Assembly (NCBI GenBank): GCA_038205115.1
Contig: JBBRCE010000011.1
Coordinates: forward strand, 260-64,259
DNA from: Pirellulales bacterium
Lineage (GTDB): Bacteria > Planctomycetota > Planctomycetia > Pirellulales > JBBRCE01
Length of the DNA stretch: 64,000 nucleotides
Direction: 5' to 3'
The notes beneath the pieces were generated by a model that did no database searches, was not told the origin of the DNA, and worked only from the letters and a program-made list of their open reading frames with translations. Position numbers and translations under genes: made by a program. Below are positions 1-10,491 of the stretch, one piece after another (positions within the stretch are counted from its first letter, which is position 1; the number at the start of each line of letters is the position of its first letter).

Positions 1-96
1 CTCAAACTTCTCGGCCTAATCTGACAATGCAGTTCTCCTGGTTCCGGCGTGAAGTCACTATTGTTCCGTTGTGTAGAGCCGTTGGTTTTGCACCTG

Positions 97-810
97 TTAC
101 AAAAGATTGGCCTGAAGCGCACGGCAATCGCCTCTTATTTCTCGGCGAAGCCGAGCACAATGGTTTGCAGCGCGCTGGTTGAGAGACACGCCTGGTAGCG
201 TTTGGCACGGATCGTATCGTCGAGGGTCGTGTCTTTTGACACGATGGACACTGCCATTCTTCGCAACCAAGCCGCCGTTTAGGGATCGTGATGGCGGCGG
301 ATGCGACTGGCGTCTTCTGTAAAAGTTACATCCAGAATCCAGTGCATGCTCTCGATGCGCCACTGTTTGCGGACCTCGCGGGCAAACGCCTTGACCTTGG
401 CCGGCAGGCCGATCAGAAAGTAACACTCCTCGCTGGTCACAGCGCCATCTACAGTGGCGATTCAGATCCAACAGCTACTGCCGGATGCAAGCCAGCAATT
501 GCGCGGGATCGAGCGCGGCGCACACCCGGCCGAAGGTGTCGTGCGAGGGGATGCCGTTGTGCAGTTTGAGAACGTGCGTAGCCAATCGATTCGCGCGTTG
601 CCGAACCGCTGCAGGTCGAGCCGAGCGCGTGATCGCAAAATCGGAGAGAACCCGGCGAGGCTGCGGCGATTCGCGCTGGGCCGCGGCGTGGAACCGCGAT
701 TGCGCCAAGCGACTTGATGCTCGCGCCAATCGCTGTGGTCAATCACGTCAAACTCGTGACGCGAAATGCCGGCGAGTTCAGCCGCGTTCCAGTGCACAGT
801 ATCGAACAAT
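97..810 (-). pseudogene. Decayed ISAs1-family (H-repeat-associated) transposase remnant with frameshifts and an internal deletion
   Basis: Minus-strand frames give 'LKLHNGIPSHDTFGRVCAALDPAQLL' (ISAs1 N-terminal region). After a stop and frameshift they give 'EECYFLIGLPAKVKAFAREVRKQWRIESMHWILDVTFTEDASRIRR', which matches the ISAs1 C-terminal ERYFLSS...HWxIENxLHWxLDVxFxEDxSRIR motif. A third frame ends '...RALQANLL', like the ISAs1 C-terminal ALNLL. The total span is too short for an intact ~380-aa transposase. Confidence 0.5.
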
Positions 811-868
811 GAAATTCGTTACAGCGCGTTTTCCGCGGCTGAACGTGATCGCGTCGGCATGGTTCTGA

Positions 869-3800
869 TTACTTTGGCGCCACGACGGACGCCGAACTTG
901 AAGCCGGCGTGGGCGCGATGTGCGGAAGGCCAGCCGTGCGCGGGACGTTGACCTTGGGCACAACCTTGTTCTTCTGCAACACGCCGTTGTGATACACGCC
1001 AATCTGTGCGTGCCCAACGCCTTCCCAGTCGCCGACAACCGGACGATCATCCGCGCCGCCCAGCGTGAACACCTTGTTGTGGGCGTCCATTTGGAAACTG
1101 TGCGCGGTGTCGATGATCCACTTGCCGTTGCGGTACACGCCGATCGAGTCGATTCCGTCGCCGGCAAAGTTACCAACCACCGGCACGTCGCCGGGCTGAC
1201 CGAACTGCACGCGTTTGTCGCCCACGCTCCATTTGCCGTCGCCGTCCATGTCTAAGTACCAAGTGCCGTCGCGGAACACGCCAATTGTTTTGGTGCCGTG
1301 ACCGGTCCAGTCGCCAACCACCGGGATGTCGCCCGGCTTGCCGAAGCGGAACACGTGGTCGATCAGATCGGCCCGCGCCTTGCCATCGGACGTACGTTTG
1401 AGTGTTCGCCGGCCGAGCGCGGCACGTTCGAGTTCCGGCGGCATGTTCTTATGCGCGCCCGTCGGCTTGTTGCGCGCGTGCGGCAAGCCGGGATCATTGG
1501 CCACGGCGCGTTGATCGCCAATCCAGGCGCGCCCGTAAATGCCGATATCGTCTTTACCGTCGCCGTCCCAGTCGCCGACCACCGGCGTATCACCGGCTTT
1601 TCCGAGTTGGGCGTACAAATCGCCCGAGTCCCAAACGCCATTGCCGTTGAGGTCGATGAACCATTCGCCGTCGAGAAACACGCCTTTGAGAGCGTGCCCG
1701 TCGCCCAGAAAGTCGCCCACAATCGGAATTGCGCCCGGCATGCCGAAGACGGATTCGCGGAGTTCGCTGTTATTATCCGTGTTGACGCTCCACTGGGCGC
1801 GATCCATTGAGACGCCCTTCCAATTCACTGAATCGAAGCGCATCGAGGCGTCTTGGACCATCGACTCTTCGAATTCTTGTGGGCCGCGCGGGAAGCCGGC
1901 ATTGATGACGCTCAAGTGCCAGGTGAAATCTTCGTCGATTTCTCCACCGGCCGTAATGGTTCGCAAATCGCTGGCACCGACGCTTACACTTGGACGCGGC
2001 GGCGAGCCACCACCGCCTTGCGGCGATGCGGTGAACACCGGCAAGCCCGGAAATTCTGGCGACGGAATGAAAACCGGCGGCGGAGTGAACGACGGCGGCG
2101 AACCACCGGGCGGATCTTTGGGTGGAGTTCTGTCGACGATGATTTCGCTAAACCAGTTGTTTTGCGACGTCTGGCCGGCGAGCACCGGAATACGGACGAT
2201 CGAGTCGCTTCGTGCCGCAACGTCGAACGTCTGCAGCGCCAGCGTGCCGAGTTTCTTGGTTACGTCAATCGACGTACCGCCGGTGCTGCCTGCGGTGTTA
2301 ATGCTGGTGATGTAGCCGTTGGGCTGTTGTTCGATGACCGTGTACACGCCCTGCATCAAACCGGTAAAGATGTAGTAGCCGTTGGCGTCGGTCGTCGTGG
2401 TGATTTTGTTGCCGTTGCCGTCGATAATCGGCTTGCCATTGGCATCGCCCAGAATCATGACCACGCCCGCGATGGCGATATCGCCCGCGGCCTTTTGTCC
2501 GGTGCGGACGGTGGTGATATCGGCCGGGGCGTTGCCATCGGCGGTGGTGATGGCCGGGCCATCTTGGAAAACATAGCCAGAGAGCGACCCCGGCAGCAGT
2601 TCGCCAAAGTTGTAGTTGACACCGTTGGTGCCTTGCAGCGTAACTTGCGTGATCGTGTCGTTGGGTTGATCGGCCACGCCGCCGGCGCTGCCAGCGCAGG
2701 CCATGCCGTCGAGATAGGCGGTTGGCTGAGTTTCCGCCACGCCGTAAACTCCTGGCAGCAAGCCCGTGAATTGGTAATGCCCGTTGGCGTCAGTGGTTGT
2801 CGTGATGCCGGTGGAATTTCCTTGCGAATCCAGCAGCGTTACGGTCACGCCCGCAATGGGCGCTTCGCCCGGCTCGAAGATGCAGTTGTTGTTTGCATCG
2901 ACGTACACAAAGCCGCCGATCGAGTTCAGAATTGTCTCGCAGAAGTCGTAGCCCGTGGCTTGCGTGCCCGAGATCAATTTGACGCCCACGGTGGTGTTGG
3001 CATCCTGCGAAAATCCGCCGGCATTGCCGACGTCGCTATCGGCGTCAAAGTAGCCAGGCGTCAGCGACTCGTGAACGCTATAGGTTGCCGGCTTCAACCC
3101 GGTGAAGATGTAATTGCCGTTTTGATCGGTGGTTGTCGTAGCGACCACGATGCCATTGGTGTCCAGCAATTGAATGCCTACGCCGACCAGCGGTACCGGG
3201 TTGGGGTCGGTGTCGCAATTTCCGGTCGGCGTGGCCACCACGCGGCCGGTGATGCTGGCCGGAATCAGTTCGCAGAAGTCATAGTTAACGCCATCCGTAC
3301 CGGATGTCAGCGAGATTTGCCGCACGGTATCTGTGCTGGTTACGATGCCGCCAGCGCTGCCGACGTCTTCATCGCCTTGAAAATATCCGTTGGGTTGAAC
3401 TTCATGCACGCCGTACGAACCTGGTGCCAGGTTCTCGAACTTATAGTTGCCATTGGTATCCGTGGTGGTCGTGTCGATTACGTTGCCGTTGCTGTCGAGC
3501 AACTGCACGGTCACGCCTTGGAGCAAGATCGAATCGGGACCGATTTCGCAATCCTCGTTGGGATCTGCATGAACGCGGCCGGCAATGCTTGAAGGCAGCA
3601 GTTCGCCGAAGTTGTATTGCTGGCCGTCGTGGCCATAAGTAAGCGTGGCACCGGTGATCGAGTCGCCCGGATTGTGAGCCATTCCGCCTTGCGTACCGGC
3701 GGTATCCAAGCCGTCAACGTACGTGGCGGGTTGCACTTCACTCACGCCGTATGTTCCGGCGGCCAGTCCGACAAAACTGTAGAAGCCGTCTGCGTCGGTG

Positions 3801-5632
3801 ATTGCCGTGGCACCGGTGGGTTGTCCATTGGCGTCTAGCAAATTCAGCGTGACGCCGGCGATGGGCGCCTCGCCGATGTCGCGAATGCCGTCGTTGTTGG
3901 CGTCAACGTACACGTAGCCCGAGAGCGTCAGCGGCAGGTTTTCGCAGAAGTCGTACTGTATTGCGTCGGTGCCCGAAGTGAGCGAGATTTCCGTCGTCGT
4001 GTCGATAGCGGAAATCACGCCGCCTTGGTCGCCCACGTGCGTATCGCCTTGGAAATAGCCATCCGGCTGAACTTCGTGAATGCCATAAGTACCGGGGGCC
4101 AACCCAATGAATAGGTAGTTGCCGTCGGCATTGGTCATGGTGGTGTCGATCACCGTGCCGCTGCTATCGAGCAGTTGGATCGTGACGCCCTCCAGGTTGA
4201 TGGGGTTGGGATCCGTTTCGCAATCGCCGTTGGGATCGGCTTGCACGTGCCCGGAAATCGTGCTGGCCAACAGTTCGCCGAAGTTGTATTCTTCGCCCGA
4301 CTGATTGCCAACGAGCGTCACATCGTTAATTTCGTCGCCGGGATTGACAGCCGTTCCGCCAGCGTTGCCGGCAGCGTCGAGACCGTCGATCCAGCCGTTG
4401 GGCTGTACTTCCGTAACGGTGTATGTGCCGGGAATTAAGCCGGTTACGGACCAAGAACCGTCGGCATTGGTGACCACATCAACGGGCGTAAGCGTGCCCG
4501 TTATGGTGGCGATGGGAGTGACATGAATCGTCACGCCGCCGATGCCTTCTTCGCCCGCGTCGAGCACGCCATTGTTATTTCGATCGTGAAAGACATGCCC
4601 GCTGAGTGCCGCGGGCTGCGCTTCAGCAAAGTTATTCTCGACGCTGTCCTGTCCGCCGAGCAGTTCCACGCCGCCAATTTGATCGACGGTTTCGACGTTG
4701 CCATCCGTCGCTCCGTCCACGGTTCCGGCGGTGGCGCCTACGCTGAAGTAGTCGTTGGGCTGCGTTTCCGAGACGCGGAATGTGCCGGGCAGCAGTCCTT
4801 CGAACTTGTAATGTCCGTTGGCGTCGGTTGTGGCGGTCATGCCGGTGTTGGTGTACGTCACGCCATCCGCGCTCAACTCGAATAGGCTGACCGTTACGCC
4901 CGCGAGGCCGGTCTCGCCATTGTCTTGCGTGTTATTGAGATTGTTGTCGACAAACACGTTGCCTGAAAGCGTGATCGGCAGTGGCGTTTGGTGAAGGCCG
5001 AAACCCGCGCCGGCGGTGAGCACGGATTGATCGTTATTGGGATCAGTATAGCGATCCGGCGGCAAGTCGAGATGGCTGCCGGTTTGGGCATCGAGTTGGC
5101 TGAAGTTGGCGTCGTACACGTCGCGGAACAGTGCAGAGCCCGTGGCGTCGGCATAATGCTGCGCACTGAACACGCCGGTCAGAATCGAGCGCTGAAATTC
5201 CGCGCCTTCGTCCACAGCGTCGACTTCGATCTCGCCGGTTTGCGGATCGATGTAGATCACTTGGTCGGCATCGATGGTGAACGTCAGCGACTTACCAGCC
5301 GTGAAGCCGGAAAAATCGAGTTCGATTTTGCTGCTGCCGTCGGCCACGCTGGGATTGCCAAGAACTTGAAACCCGTCGTGCGAGACGATGTTCAACGGCG
5401 CGCTGCCGTAAGCGCCCAGGCCGCCCGGCGCGGTATCGTAAACCACGTCGTTAACGGACAGCGTGCTGCCGTTTTTCATGCTGTTGATTTCCAGGTGCTT
5501 GAGCTCCGTGCCCTGCGCACCGCCACTCCAGGTGATCGTGACGACGTTGGGCTTGTTGTCCAAGCCGCCGGCCGGTTCGAAGTACACGGCACCAATGTGG
5601 ACGTCGGCGGTCATCAGCCGGCGCGGCTCCAT
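869..5632 (-). CDS. Giant secreted adhesin-like protein: N-terminal domain, ~8 SdrD B-like/Cna-B-type repeats, a Pro-rich linker and 4-5 C-terminal FG-GAP/VCBS-like repeats
   Basis: 1687-aa ORF running 869..5932. The start is probably an internal Met (MEPRRLM at 5632 or MTADVH at 5614), because the 5' end would otherwise overlap the upstream WD40 gene. Repeated motifs 'SG(Y/H)VFxDxNNNGxxDxGExGIxGVTVxLLDxNG...DANGxYxFxGLxPGTY' are SdrD-B-like, and 'VVGDWDGDGKDDIGIY/VVGDWTGHGTKTIGVF/VVGNFAGDGIDSIGVY' are FG-GAP-like. The linker is 'PPKDPPGGSPPSFTPPPVFIPSPEFPGLP'. Confidence 0.8.
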   Translation of the reverse strand: MEPRRLMTADVHIGAVYFEPAGGLDNKPNVVTITWSGGAQGTELKHLEINSMKNGSTLSVNDVVYDTAPGGLGAYGSAPLNIVSHDGFQVLGNPSVADGSSKIELDFSGFTAGKSLTFTIDADQVIYIDPQTGEIEVDAVDEGAEFQRSILTGVFSAQHYADATGSALFRDVYDANFSQLDAQTGSHLDLPPDRYTDPNNDQSVLTAGAGFGLHQTPLPITLSGNVFVDNNLNNTQDNGETGLAGVTVSLFELSADGVTYTNTGMTATTDANGHYKFEGLLPGTFRVSETQPNDYFSVGATAGTVDGATDGNVETVDQIGGVELLGGQDSVENNFAEAQPAALSGHVFHDRNNNGVLDAGEEGIGGVTIHVTPIATITGTLTPVDVVTNADGSWSVTGLIPGTYTVTEVQPNGWIDGLDAAGNAGGTAVNPGDEINDVTLVGNQSGEEYNFGELLASTISGHVQADPNGDCETDPNPINLEGVTIQLLDSSGTVIDTTMTNADGNYLFIGLAPGTYGIHEVQPDGYFQGDTHVGDQGGVISAIDTTTEISLTSGTDAIQYDFCENLPLTLSGYVYVDANNDGIRDIGEAPIAGVTLNLLDANGQPTGATAITDADGFYSFVGLAAGTYGVSEVQPATYVDGLDTAGTQGGMAHNPGDSITGATLTYGHDGQQYNFGELLPSSIAGRVHADPNEDCEIGPDSILLQGVTVQLLDSNGNVIDTTTTDTNGNYKFENLAPGSYGVHEVQPNGYFQGDEDVGSAGGIVTSTDTVRQISLTSGTDGVNYDFCELIPASITGRVVATPTGNCDTDPNPVPLVGVGIQLLDTNGIVVATTTTDQNGNYIFTGLKPATYSVHESLTPGYFDADSDVGNAGGFSQDANTTVGVKLISGTQATGYDFCETILNSIGGFVYVDANNNCIFEPGEAPIAGVTVTLLDSQGNSTGITTTTDANGHYQFTGLLPGVYGVAETQPTAYLDGMACAGSAGGVADQPNDTITQVTLQGTNGVNYNFGELLPGSLSGYVFQDGPAITTADGNAPADITTVRTGQKAAGDIAIAGVVMILGDANGKPIIDGNGNKITTTTDANGYYIFTGLMQGVYTVIEQQPNGYITSINTAGSTGGTSIDVTKKLGTLALQTFDVAARSDSIVRIPVLAGQTSQNNWFSEIIVDRTPPKDPPGGSPPSFTPPPVFIPSPEFPGLPVFTASPQGGGGSPPRPSVSVGASDLRTITAGGEIDEDFTWHLSVINAGFPRGPQEFEESMVQDASMRFDSVNWKGVSMDRAQWSVNTDNNSELRESVFGMPGAIPIVGDFLGDGHALKGVFLDGEWFIDLNGNGVWDSGDLYAQLGKAGDTPVVGDWDGDGKDDIGIYGRAWIGDQRAVANDPGLPHARNKPTGAHKNMPPELERAALGRRTLKRTSDGKARADLIDHVFRFGKPGDIPVVGDWTGHGTKTIGVFRDGTWYLDMDGDGKWSVGDKRVQFGQPGDVPVVGNFAGDGIDSIGVYRNGKWIIDTAHSFQMDAHNKVFTLGGADDRPVVGDWEGVGHAQIGVYHNGVLQKNKVVPKVNVPRTAGLPHIAPTPASSSASVVAPK

Positions 5633-5865
5633 CTCCTCGACGCGGCAAATGCGCAATCGGTCGACGGTGCTATGGCAATCGCGGCCAGCGCGCGAGGAAA
5701 ATCCGCGAGTAAACTGTTTGAGCCGGTTCAGAATTCCCACGCGTACAACCTCCGTGTCGTATGTCGAAAGTGGCGACCGTCCGGGGTCACCATCGAATAT
5801 CTCATCGCCCCGCTGCCCGAACTCTGCCCGTCGCGCAACATCGTGTGGCGCGCGAATTTTTCTGC

Positions 5866-6915
5866 CTAGCGTACGATCGCACCATCGGGCCGTTGAGTGG
5901 TCCGGCCATTGAGATCGCGATCCAACTTCCAAATCCGGATACTGGTATCAAATCCGCCTGATACGAGCACGGTGCCTTCGGCATTGCAGGCCAGCGAGGC
6001 CACTGTGCCTGTGTGACCGATCAGCCGGCAATCTTCGGTCTTGCCGCTGATGTCCCAAACATGGACGATGTTGTCGCTGCCACCGGTGGCGAGTTTATTT
6101 TTGCCACAGAACGTCAACGACATGATCTTTGCGCCGTCGCAATTGAAACTCAGCGACGAGGCCTCATGCTTCAGATTGAAAATTCGCACCTGTTGATCTT
6201 CGCCAGCGGAGGCCAGCAAGCCGTCGGCCGTCGAGAACGCCAGGTGACGAATGCGCTGTTGATGGGCGTCGATCATCTTTTGCGTGCCGTCAGTCAGATT
6301 GGTCAATTGAATTTTTCCGCTGCGGCCACCGACTGCCAGCGTTCCGCCATCATTGCCATAACTCAGCGTTCGCAGGTCGGTGCATGCGCCGGAGATGGTT
6401 TTGACCACAACACCGCTTGTGACATCGTAAATTTTGATTGGGCGTTCGAAGCCAGAGACCGCCAAGGTTTTACCGTTGGGGCTGAACTGCACGGCAAAAA
6501 TCGCGACGTCGTGTTCTGCCAGGGCGCGGGTTTGCTTGCCTGTGGCCACATCCCAAATGCGGACCTTGCGGTCGTCGCCGGCCGAAGCCAATGTTTTGCC
6601 GTCAGGCGAAAAATCCAAACCGCGAATCCAGTCGATGTGTCCGGTCATCGTGTGCGTGAGCTTGCCGTCTTCCAAATTCCAGAAACGAATCAAATGATCG
6701 TCACCAGCCGCGGCCAACGTTTTGCCGTCGGGACTGATCGTCAGCGTGGTCACAACCGGAGGCTTACCATTGGACGTTTCGGGCTGGATTTCGATAATCC
6801 GATTGGCTTTGTAGGCTGGGATTTCGAGCCCCAGCGCCAGTTGACTGGCCAAGACCGTCACTGCCGCGGCAAAGAGGATTTGCAAGCTGAGATTCGTTTT
6901 GCGCATGGCAACCAC
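5866..6915 (-). CDS. Secreted WD40-repeat protein
   Basis: Signal-peptide-like N-terminus MRKTNLSLQILFAAAVTVLASQLALG. Multiple WD40 units such as 'GHIDWIRGLDFSPDGKTLASAGDDRKVRIWD'. Confidence 0.85.
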   Translation of the reverse strand: MVAMRKTNLSLQILFAAAVTVLASQLALGLEIPAYKANRIIEIQPETSNGKPPVVTTLTISPDGKTLAAAGDDHLIRFWNLEDGKLTHTMTGHIDWIRGLDFSPDGKTLASAGDDRKVRIWDVATGKQTRALAEHDVAIFAVQFSPNGKTLAVSGFERPIKIYDVTSGVVVKTISGACTDLRTLSYGNDGGTLAVGGRSGKIQLTNLTDGTQKMIDAHQQRIRHLAFSTADGLLASAGEDQQVRIFNLKHEASSLSFNCDGAKIMSLTFCGKNKLATGGSDNIVHVWDISGKTEDCRLIGHTGTVASLACNAEGTVLVSGGFDTSIRIWKLDRDLNGRTTQRPDGAIVR

Positions 6916-7211
6916 TCGCGATAAACTGTTTGTAGGGTCTCTGCCATCTATCGGAATTTTGCGATTTCCGCGTTACTCAAACCGCTCGTTCTCAAAAACT
7001 GCTCGACGCTAGCGTTAAAATTGGCGCTAACTTCGCGAATTTATGTCAACTCGGCGGTCTACGCGGTCTTGTTGGCTACTGCGAACGGGCATCGAAATCT
7101 TGCTCACAATGAAATTCCGGCCCGCGATTTGCTTGCATCGCTCCAGTCCCGCAGCCGGGCGTAAGGTATCATTCAAGCTGTTGCGAAGTCACTTCCGCGG
7201 AGTCAGCGTCC

Positions 7212-7733
7212 ATGTCAGCAAACCCATCGTCCAAAAGTTGGCATGCCGAATTCCTTGACGAGCAAGAAGTTGCGTCGAAAAAGGCGATGCGTACGTTGGC
7301 CGGGAATATGGCCGACACGCTGCGCGAAGTTGTCGATCCGCGGCCGTGGACGTCGCAATTCCCCTGGGCGGCCGTTGGCACCGCCGCTGTCGTCGGAGCG
7401 ATTTCAGGCAAAATGATGGGTAGCAAGAGTTCGGCGGCATCCGCGCCGGCCGCGCCTCAACCAGTGACCTCGCAGCCCTCGGTAGGAAAAGTTGCCGCAA
7501 AAAGCTCGCTTCTGGCCACACTGACGAGCAGTCTGATCGCACCATTGGTCAACATGCTGGTGCAGCGCTTCCAGAAATCGCTACATCAGGCGCTTGCGAC
7601 GGCTATGGCTCCTCCGCCAGCGCGCCACAACAGCACTGGTCCCGTGGATAGCGCCTACGCTGACGACAGCGACGACCGTGACGACGATTCGGCCGCACGG
7701 CATTCGCCGTCGATGGCTTCCTCAGCCGTTTAA
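7212..7733 (+). CDS. Hypothetical membrane-anchored protein with a DUF883 (ElaB/YqjD)-like 'PWAAVGTAAVVGAISG' segment and an Ala/Ser-rich tail
   Basis: 173-aa ORF. The motif QFPWAAVGTAAVVGAISGKMMG resembles the DUF883 membrane anchor. The rest is low-complexity. Confidence 0.4.
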   Translation: MSANPSSKSWHAEFLDEQEVASKKAMRTLAGNMADTLREVVDPRPWTSQFPWAAVGTAAVVGAISGKMMGSKSSAASAPAAPQPVTSQPSVGKVAAKSSLLATLTSSLIAPLVNMLVQRFQKSLHQALATAMAPPPARHNSTGPVDSAYADDSDDRDDDSAARHSPSMASSAV

Positions 7734-7853
7734 CGCAGTCGTTGTCGAACGAACTCCCGGACGCGGCAGGGGATTGCAAATCCGCTGCCAATCTCGTCGA
7801 ATATTCGGAAGCATTCTATGGCGGCTTTCGATCACGTTCCCACGGAGTTTCAG

Positions 7854-8828
7854 ATGCGGGCGAATTCCCTATATCCCGTCGCGCGGCGATTTGTCGTGCC
7901 GGTTGTTGCAATCCTAAGTTTGGCGACCGTTTCGGCCGCGCGAGCTCAACATCGTTTGGCGATTCAAGGCAATAACAAGCTGGCCATCATTGCCGCCGAT
8001 GGCAATGTCGAATGGGAAATGACCTGGGGCGCCATTCACGACATCCATCGTCTTAAGAACGGCAACTTCATGGTGCAGCAGGGCGCGGCAGTGGTGGCCG
8101 AGATTGACGCCCAAACAAAAAAAGTGGTTTGGTCGTACGACTCGGCCAAGCAGAACGGCAACGAGGGCAAGAAGGTTGAAGTTCACGCCTTTCAGCCGTT
8201 GGACGATGATCGGATCATGATCGCCGAAGCGGGCCCCGCGCGAATCATCGAAATCGATCGCTCCGGCAAATTGCTGAAAGAGGTCAAGCTGAAAACGGTT
8301 CATCCCAGCACTCACAGCGACACCCGTCTGGTCCGCAAACTGCCCAGCGGAAATTACTTGGCCGCCCAAGAGTCCGATGGCACGGTACGCGAATACGACG
8401 GAAAATCAGGCGACGTGGTTTGGGAGTACGAAATTCCGATGTTCGATCAAAAGCCCGCCGCGGGCCACGGGCCAGAAGGATTTGGCAATCGCTGCTTCGC
8501 CGCGTTACGTCTAAAAAATGGTAACACGTTAATCGCCACTGGAGACGGGCATAGCATTCTAGAAGTCACGCCCGAGAAAAAGATCGTCTGGGAGATTCAT
8601 CAAAAAGATCTGCCCAACATCACGCTGGCTTGGGTGACGACGCTGGAAGTTTTGCCCAACGGTCACTACGTCTTTGGCAATTGCCACGCCGGCAAAGGGC
8701 AACCGCTGGTGATTGAGTTGGACCCCGCCAGCAAAAAAGTGGTTTGGACGCTCGATCAGTTCGACAAGTGGGGCAATTCGGTCTCCAACACGCAATTGTT
8801 AGACGTCGAGGGCGAGGTGCTCCGCTAG
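7854..8828 (+). CDS. Secreted beta-propeller-like protein, hypothetical
   Basis: ORF 7818..8828. The likely start is MRANSLY at 7854, followed by the signal peptide VVPVVAILSLATVSAARA. Repetitive blade-like units (GNxxxxxxDGxVxWEY). Confidence 0.55.
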   Translation: MRANSLYPVARRFVVPVVAILSLATVSAARAQHRLAIQGNNKLAIIAADGNVEWEMTWGAIHDIHRLKNGNFMVQQGAAVVAEIDAQTKKVVWSYDSAKQNGNEGKKVEVHAFQPLDDDRIMIAEAGPARIIEIDRSGKLLKEVKLKTVHPSTHSDTRLVRKLPSGNYLAAQESDGTVREYDGKSGDVVWEYEIPMFDQKPAAGHGPEGFGNRCFAALRLKNGNTLIATGDGHSILEVTPEKKIVWEIHQKDLPNITLAWVTTLEVLPNGHYVFGNCHAGKGQPLVIELDPASKKVVWTLDQFDKWGNSVSNTQLLDVEGEVLR

Positions 8829-8972
8829 AGGCAAAACGGGCAGGCCTCGCGCCGGGCAACGCGCGGCGTTGCCAGGCAACCAGGGCAGCCAATTGCCGAG
8901 TTCGCAACCGTCGGTTATGCTGCCATCGCAAGACGTTCACTGGATTTCGACTTGAAATGAGGGAGATTTAAC

Positions 8973-9581
8973 ATGGCTTTTACCGTACCGCCGTTGCCAT
9001 ACGCTAACGATGCTTTGGAACCGCACATCGACGCCAAGACGATGGAAATTCATCACGATAAGCATCACAACGCTTACGTCACCAATCTCAACGCCGCCAT
9101 CGAAGGCAGTGCGTTGGGCGATCAATCGATCGAATCGCTGGTTGCCAAGATCGATAGCGTGCCGGAAAACATCCGCACCGCCGTCCGCAACAATGGTGGC
9201 GGACATGCCAATCACTCGCTGTTCTGGTCCATCATGGGCAAAGACAAAGGCGGCAAGCCAACCGGCAAATTGGCCGCGGCCATTGATGCCGAACTCGGCG
9301 GCTTCGATAAATTCAAAGAAGCATTTTCCAAGGCAGGCACCACGCGTTTTGGCAGTGGTTGGGCATGGCTGTCGGCCGATAAGACCGGCAAACTGGTTGT
9401 CGAAAGCACGCCTAACCAAGACAGTCCGCTGATGCACGGCAACACGCCGCTGCTGGGTATGGACGTTTGGGAACACGCTTACTACCTCAAGTATCAGAAC
9501 AAGCGTCCTGACTATATCGCCGCGTTTTTTAACGTCATCGATTGGGACGCTGTCGCCAAGCGATACGACGCGGCCAAATAG
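8973..9581 (+). CDS. Fe/Mn-family superoxide dismutase
   Basis: '[29 protein letters not shown]' and '[19 protein letters not shown]' are Sod_Fe N- and C-terminal signatures. A GAGGGA RBS lies upstream. Confidence 0.95.
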   Translation: MAFTVPPLPYANDALEPHIDAKTMEIHHDKHHNAYVTNLNAAIEGSALGDQSIESLVAKIDSVPENIRTAVRNNGGGHANHSLFWSIMGKDKGGKPTGKLAAAIDAELGGFDKFKEAFSKAGTTRFGSGWAWLSADKTGKLVVESTPNQDSPLMHGNTPLLGMDVWEHAYYLKYQNKRPDYIAAFFNVIDWDAVAKRYDAAK

Positions 9582-9640
9582 CGCGCGTTCCGACTGTCGT
9601 ATTCCAAAGGCAGTCTGACTGAAAACGTAGAATTCACAGA

Positions 9641-9680
9641 AGCCCGTTCGACCCTCGACGCCGAACGGGCTTTTGTTCTT
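9641..9680 (+). terminator. Rho-independent terminator after the SOD gene
   Basis: Stem GCCCGTTCG...CGAACGGGC followed by TTTTGTTCTT. Confidence 0.7.
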
Positions 9681-9720
9681 AAATCACCCTCCGCAATTTT
9701 TCCTCGGCGATCGACATTCC

Positions 9721-10452
9721 ATGCCCCGACACGACGGCCGCAGCGACAACCAACTCCGCCCAATCAAAATCACGCGCCGCTGCACACGCGCCGCGCCGGG
9801 CAGCGTGTTGATACAAGCCGGAGGAACCACCATCCTGTGTACGGCCAGCATTGCCGAAAGTGTGCCCGAGTGGATGAAGGGGCGGGGCGAGGGTTGGCTG
9901 ACCGCCGAATACAATATGCTGCCCGGCAGCACCAGCCCTCGCAAAAAGCGCGAGCGCGACGGTAAAGTCGATGGCCGCACCACCGAAATCCAGCGCTTGA
10001 TCGGCCGCAGTCTGCGGGCGATTGCCGATCTCGCTGCATTGGGCGAACGCACGTTAATGCTCGATTGCGATGTGATCGAAGCCGACGGCGGCACGCGTAC
10101 CGCCAGCATCACCGGCGCGTACATTGCCGCCTGCGATGCGCTGGAAACCGTCCGCGCCAAGCTCGATCCCGCGCGGCCAGTGCTGCGTGACAGCGTCGCC
10201 GCGGTGAGCGTTGGCATTGTGGACGATCGGCCGCTGTTGGATTTGGACTATCGCGAAGACTTTGCCGCGGCCGTGGATATGAACGTGGTCATGACGGGTG
10301 GCGGCCGCTTTGTCGAAGTGCAAGGCACCGGCGAAGAAGCCACATTCTCGGAAGAAGAACTCAACGCGCTGGTCGCGCTCGCCCGCGGCGGCATCCAGCA
10401 ACTGGCGCAGTTCCAGCGCCAAGCGCTGGCGGGCCAACCGCTCACGCCGTGA
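9721..10452 (+). CDS. rph: Ribonuclease PH
   Basis: '[17 protein letters not shown]', '[29 protein letters not shown]' and '[22 protein letters not shown]' are RNase PH hallmarks. The start was chosen at the internal Met MPRHDGR. Confidence 0.9.
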   Translation: MPRHDGRSDNQLRPIKITRRCTRAAPGSVLIQAGGTTILCTASIAESVPEWMKGRGEGWLTAEYNMLPGSTSPRKKRERDGKVDGRTTEIQRLIGRSLRAIADLAALGERTLMLDCDVIEADGGTRTASITGAYIAACDALETVRAKLDPARPVLRDSVAAVSVGIVDDRPLLDLDYREDFAAAVDMNVVMTGGGRFVEVQGTGEEATFSEEELNALVALARGGIQQLAQFQRQALAGQPLTP

Positions 10453-10491
10453 TCGCCGCCGGTCACGCGCCGCGGATGAAAATCGCGCCGC

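Noticed and set aside
288-569. Short + strand ORFs at the window start (288..569, 454..717, 485..868)
   Set aside because: Overlapped by the frameshifted ISAs1 transposase remnant on the minus strand. No motifs.
1853-3592. 579-aa + strand ORF (and several others at 920..1255, 1298..1810, 1539..2315, 4523..4885, 4988..5869) inside the giant adhesin locus
   Set aside because: They lie antisense to, or out of frame with, the 1687-aa minus-strand gene whose product has clear domain repeats. Their proteins are Arg/Ala/Gly-rich low-complexity typical of high-GC shadow ORFs.
6013-6924. 303-aa + strand ORF
   Set aside because: Antisense to the WD40-repeat gene (5866..6915), which has convincing repeats and a signal peptide. 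No recognisable motifs.
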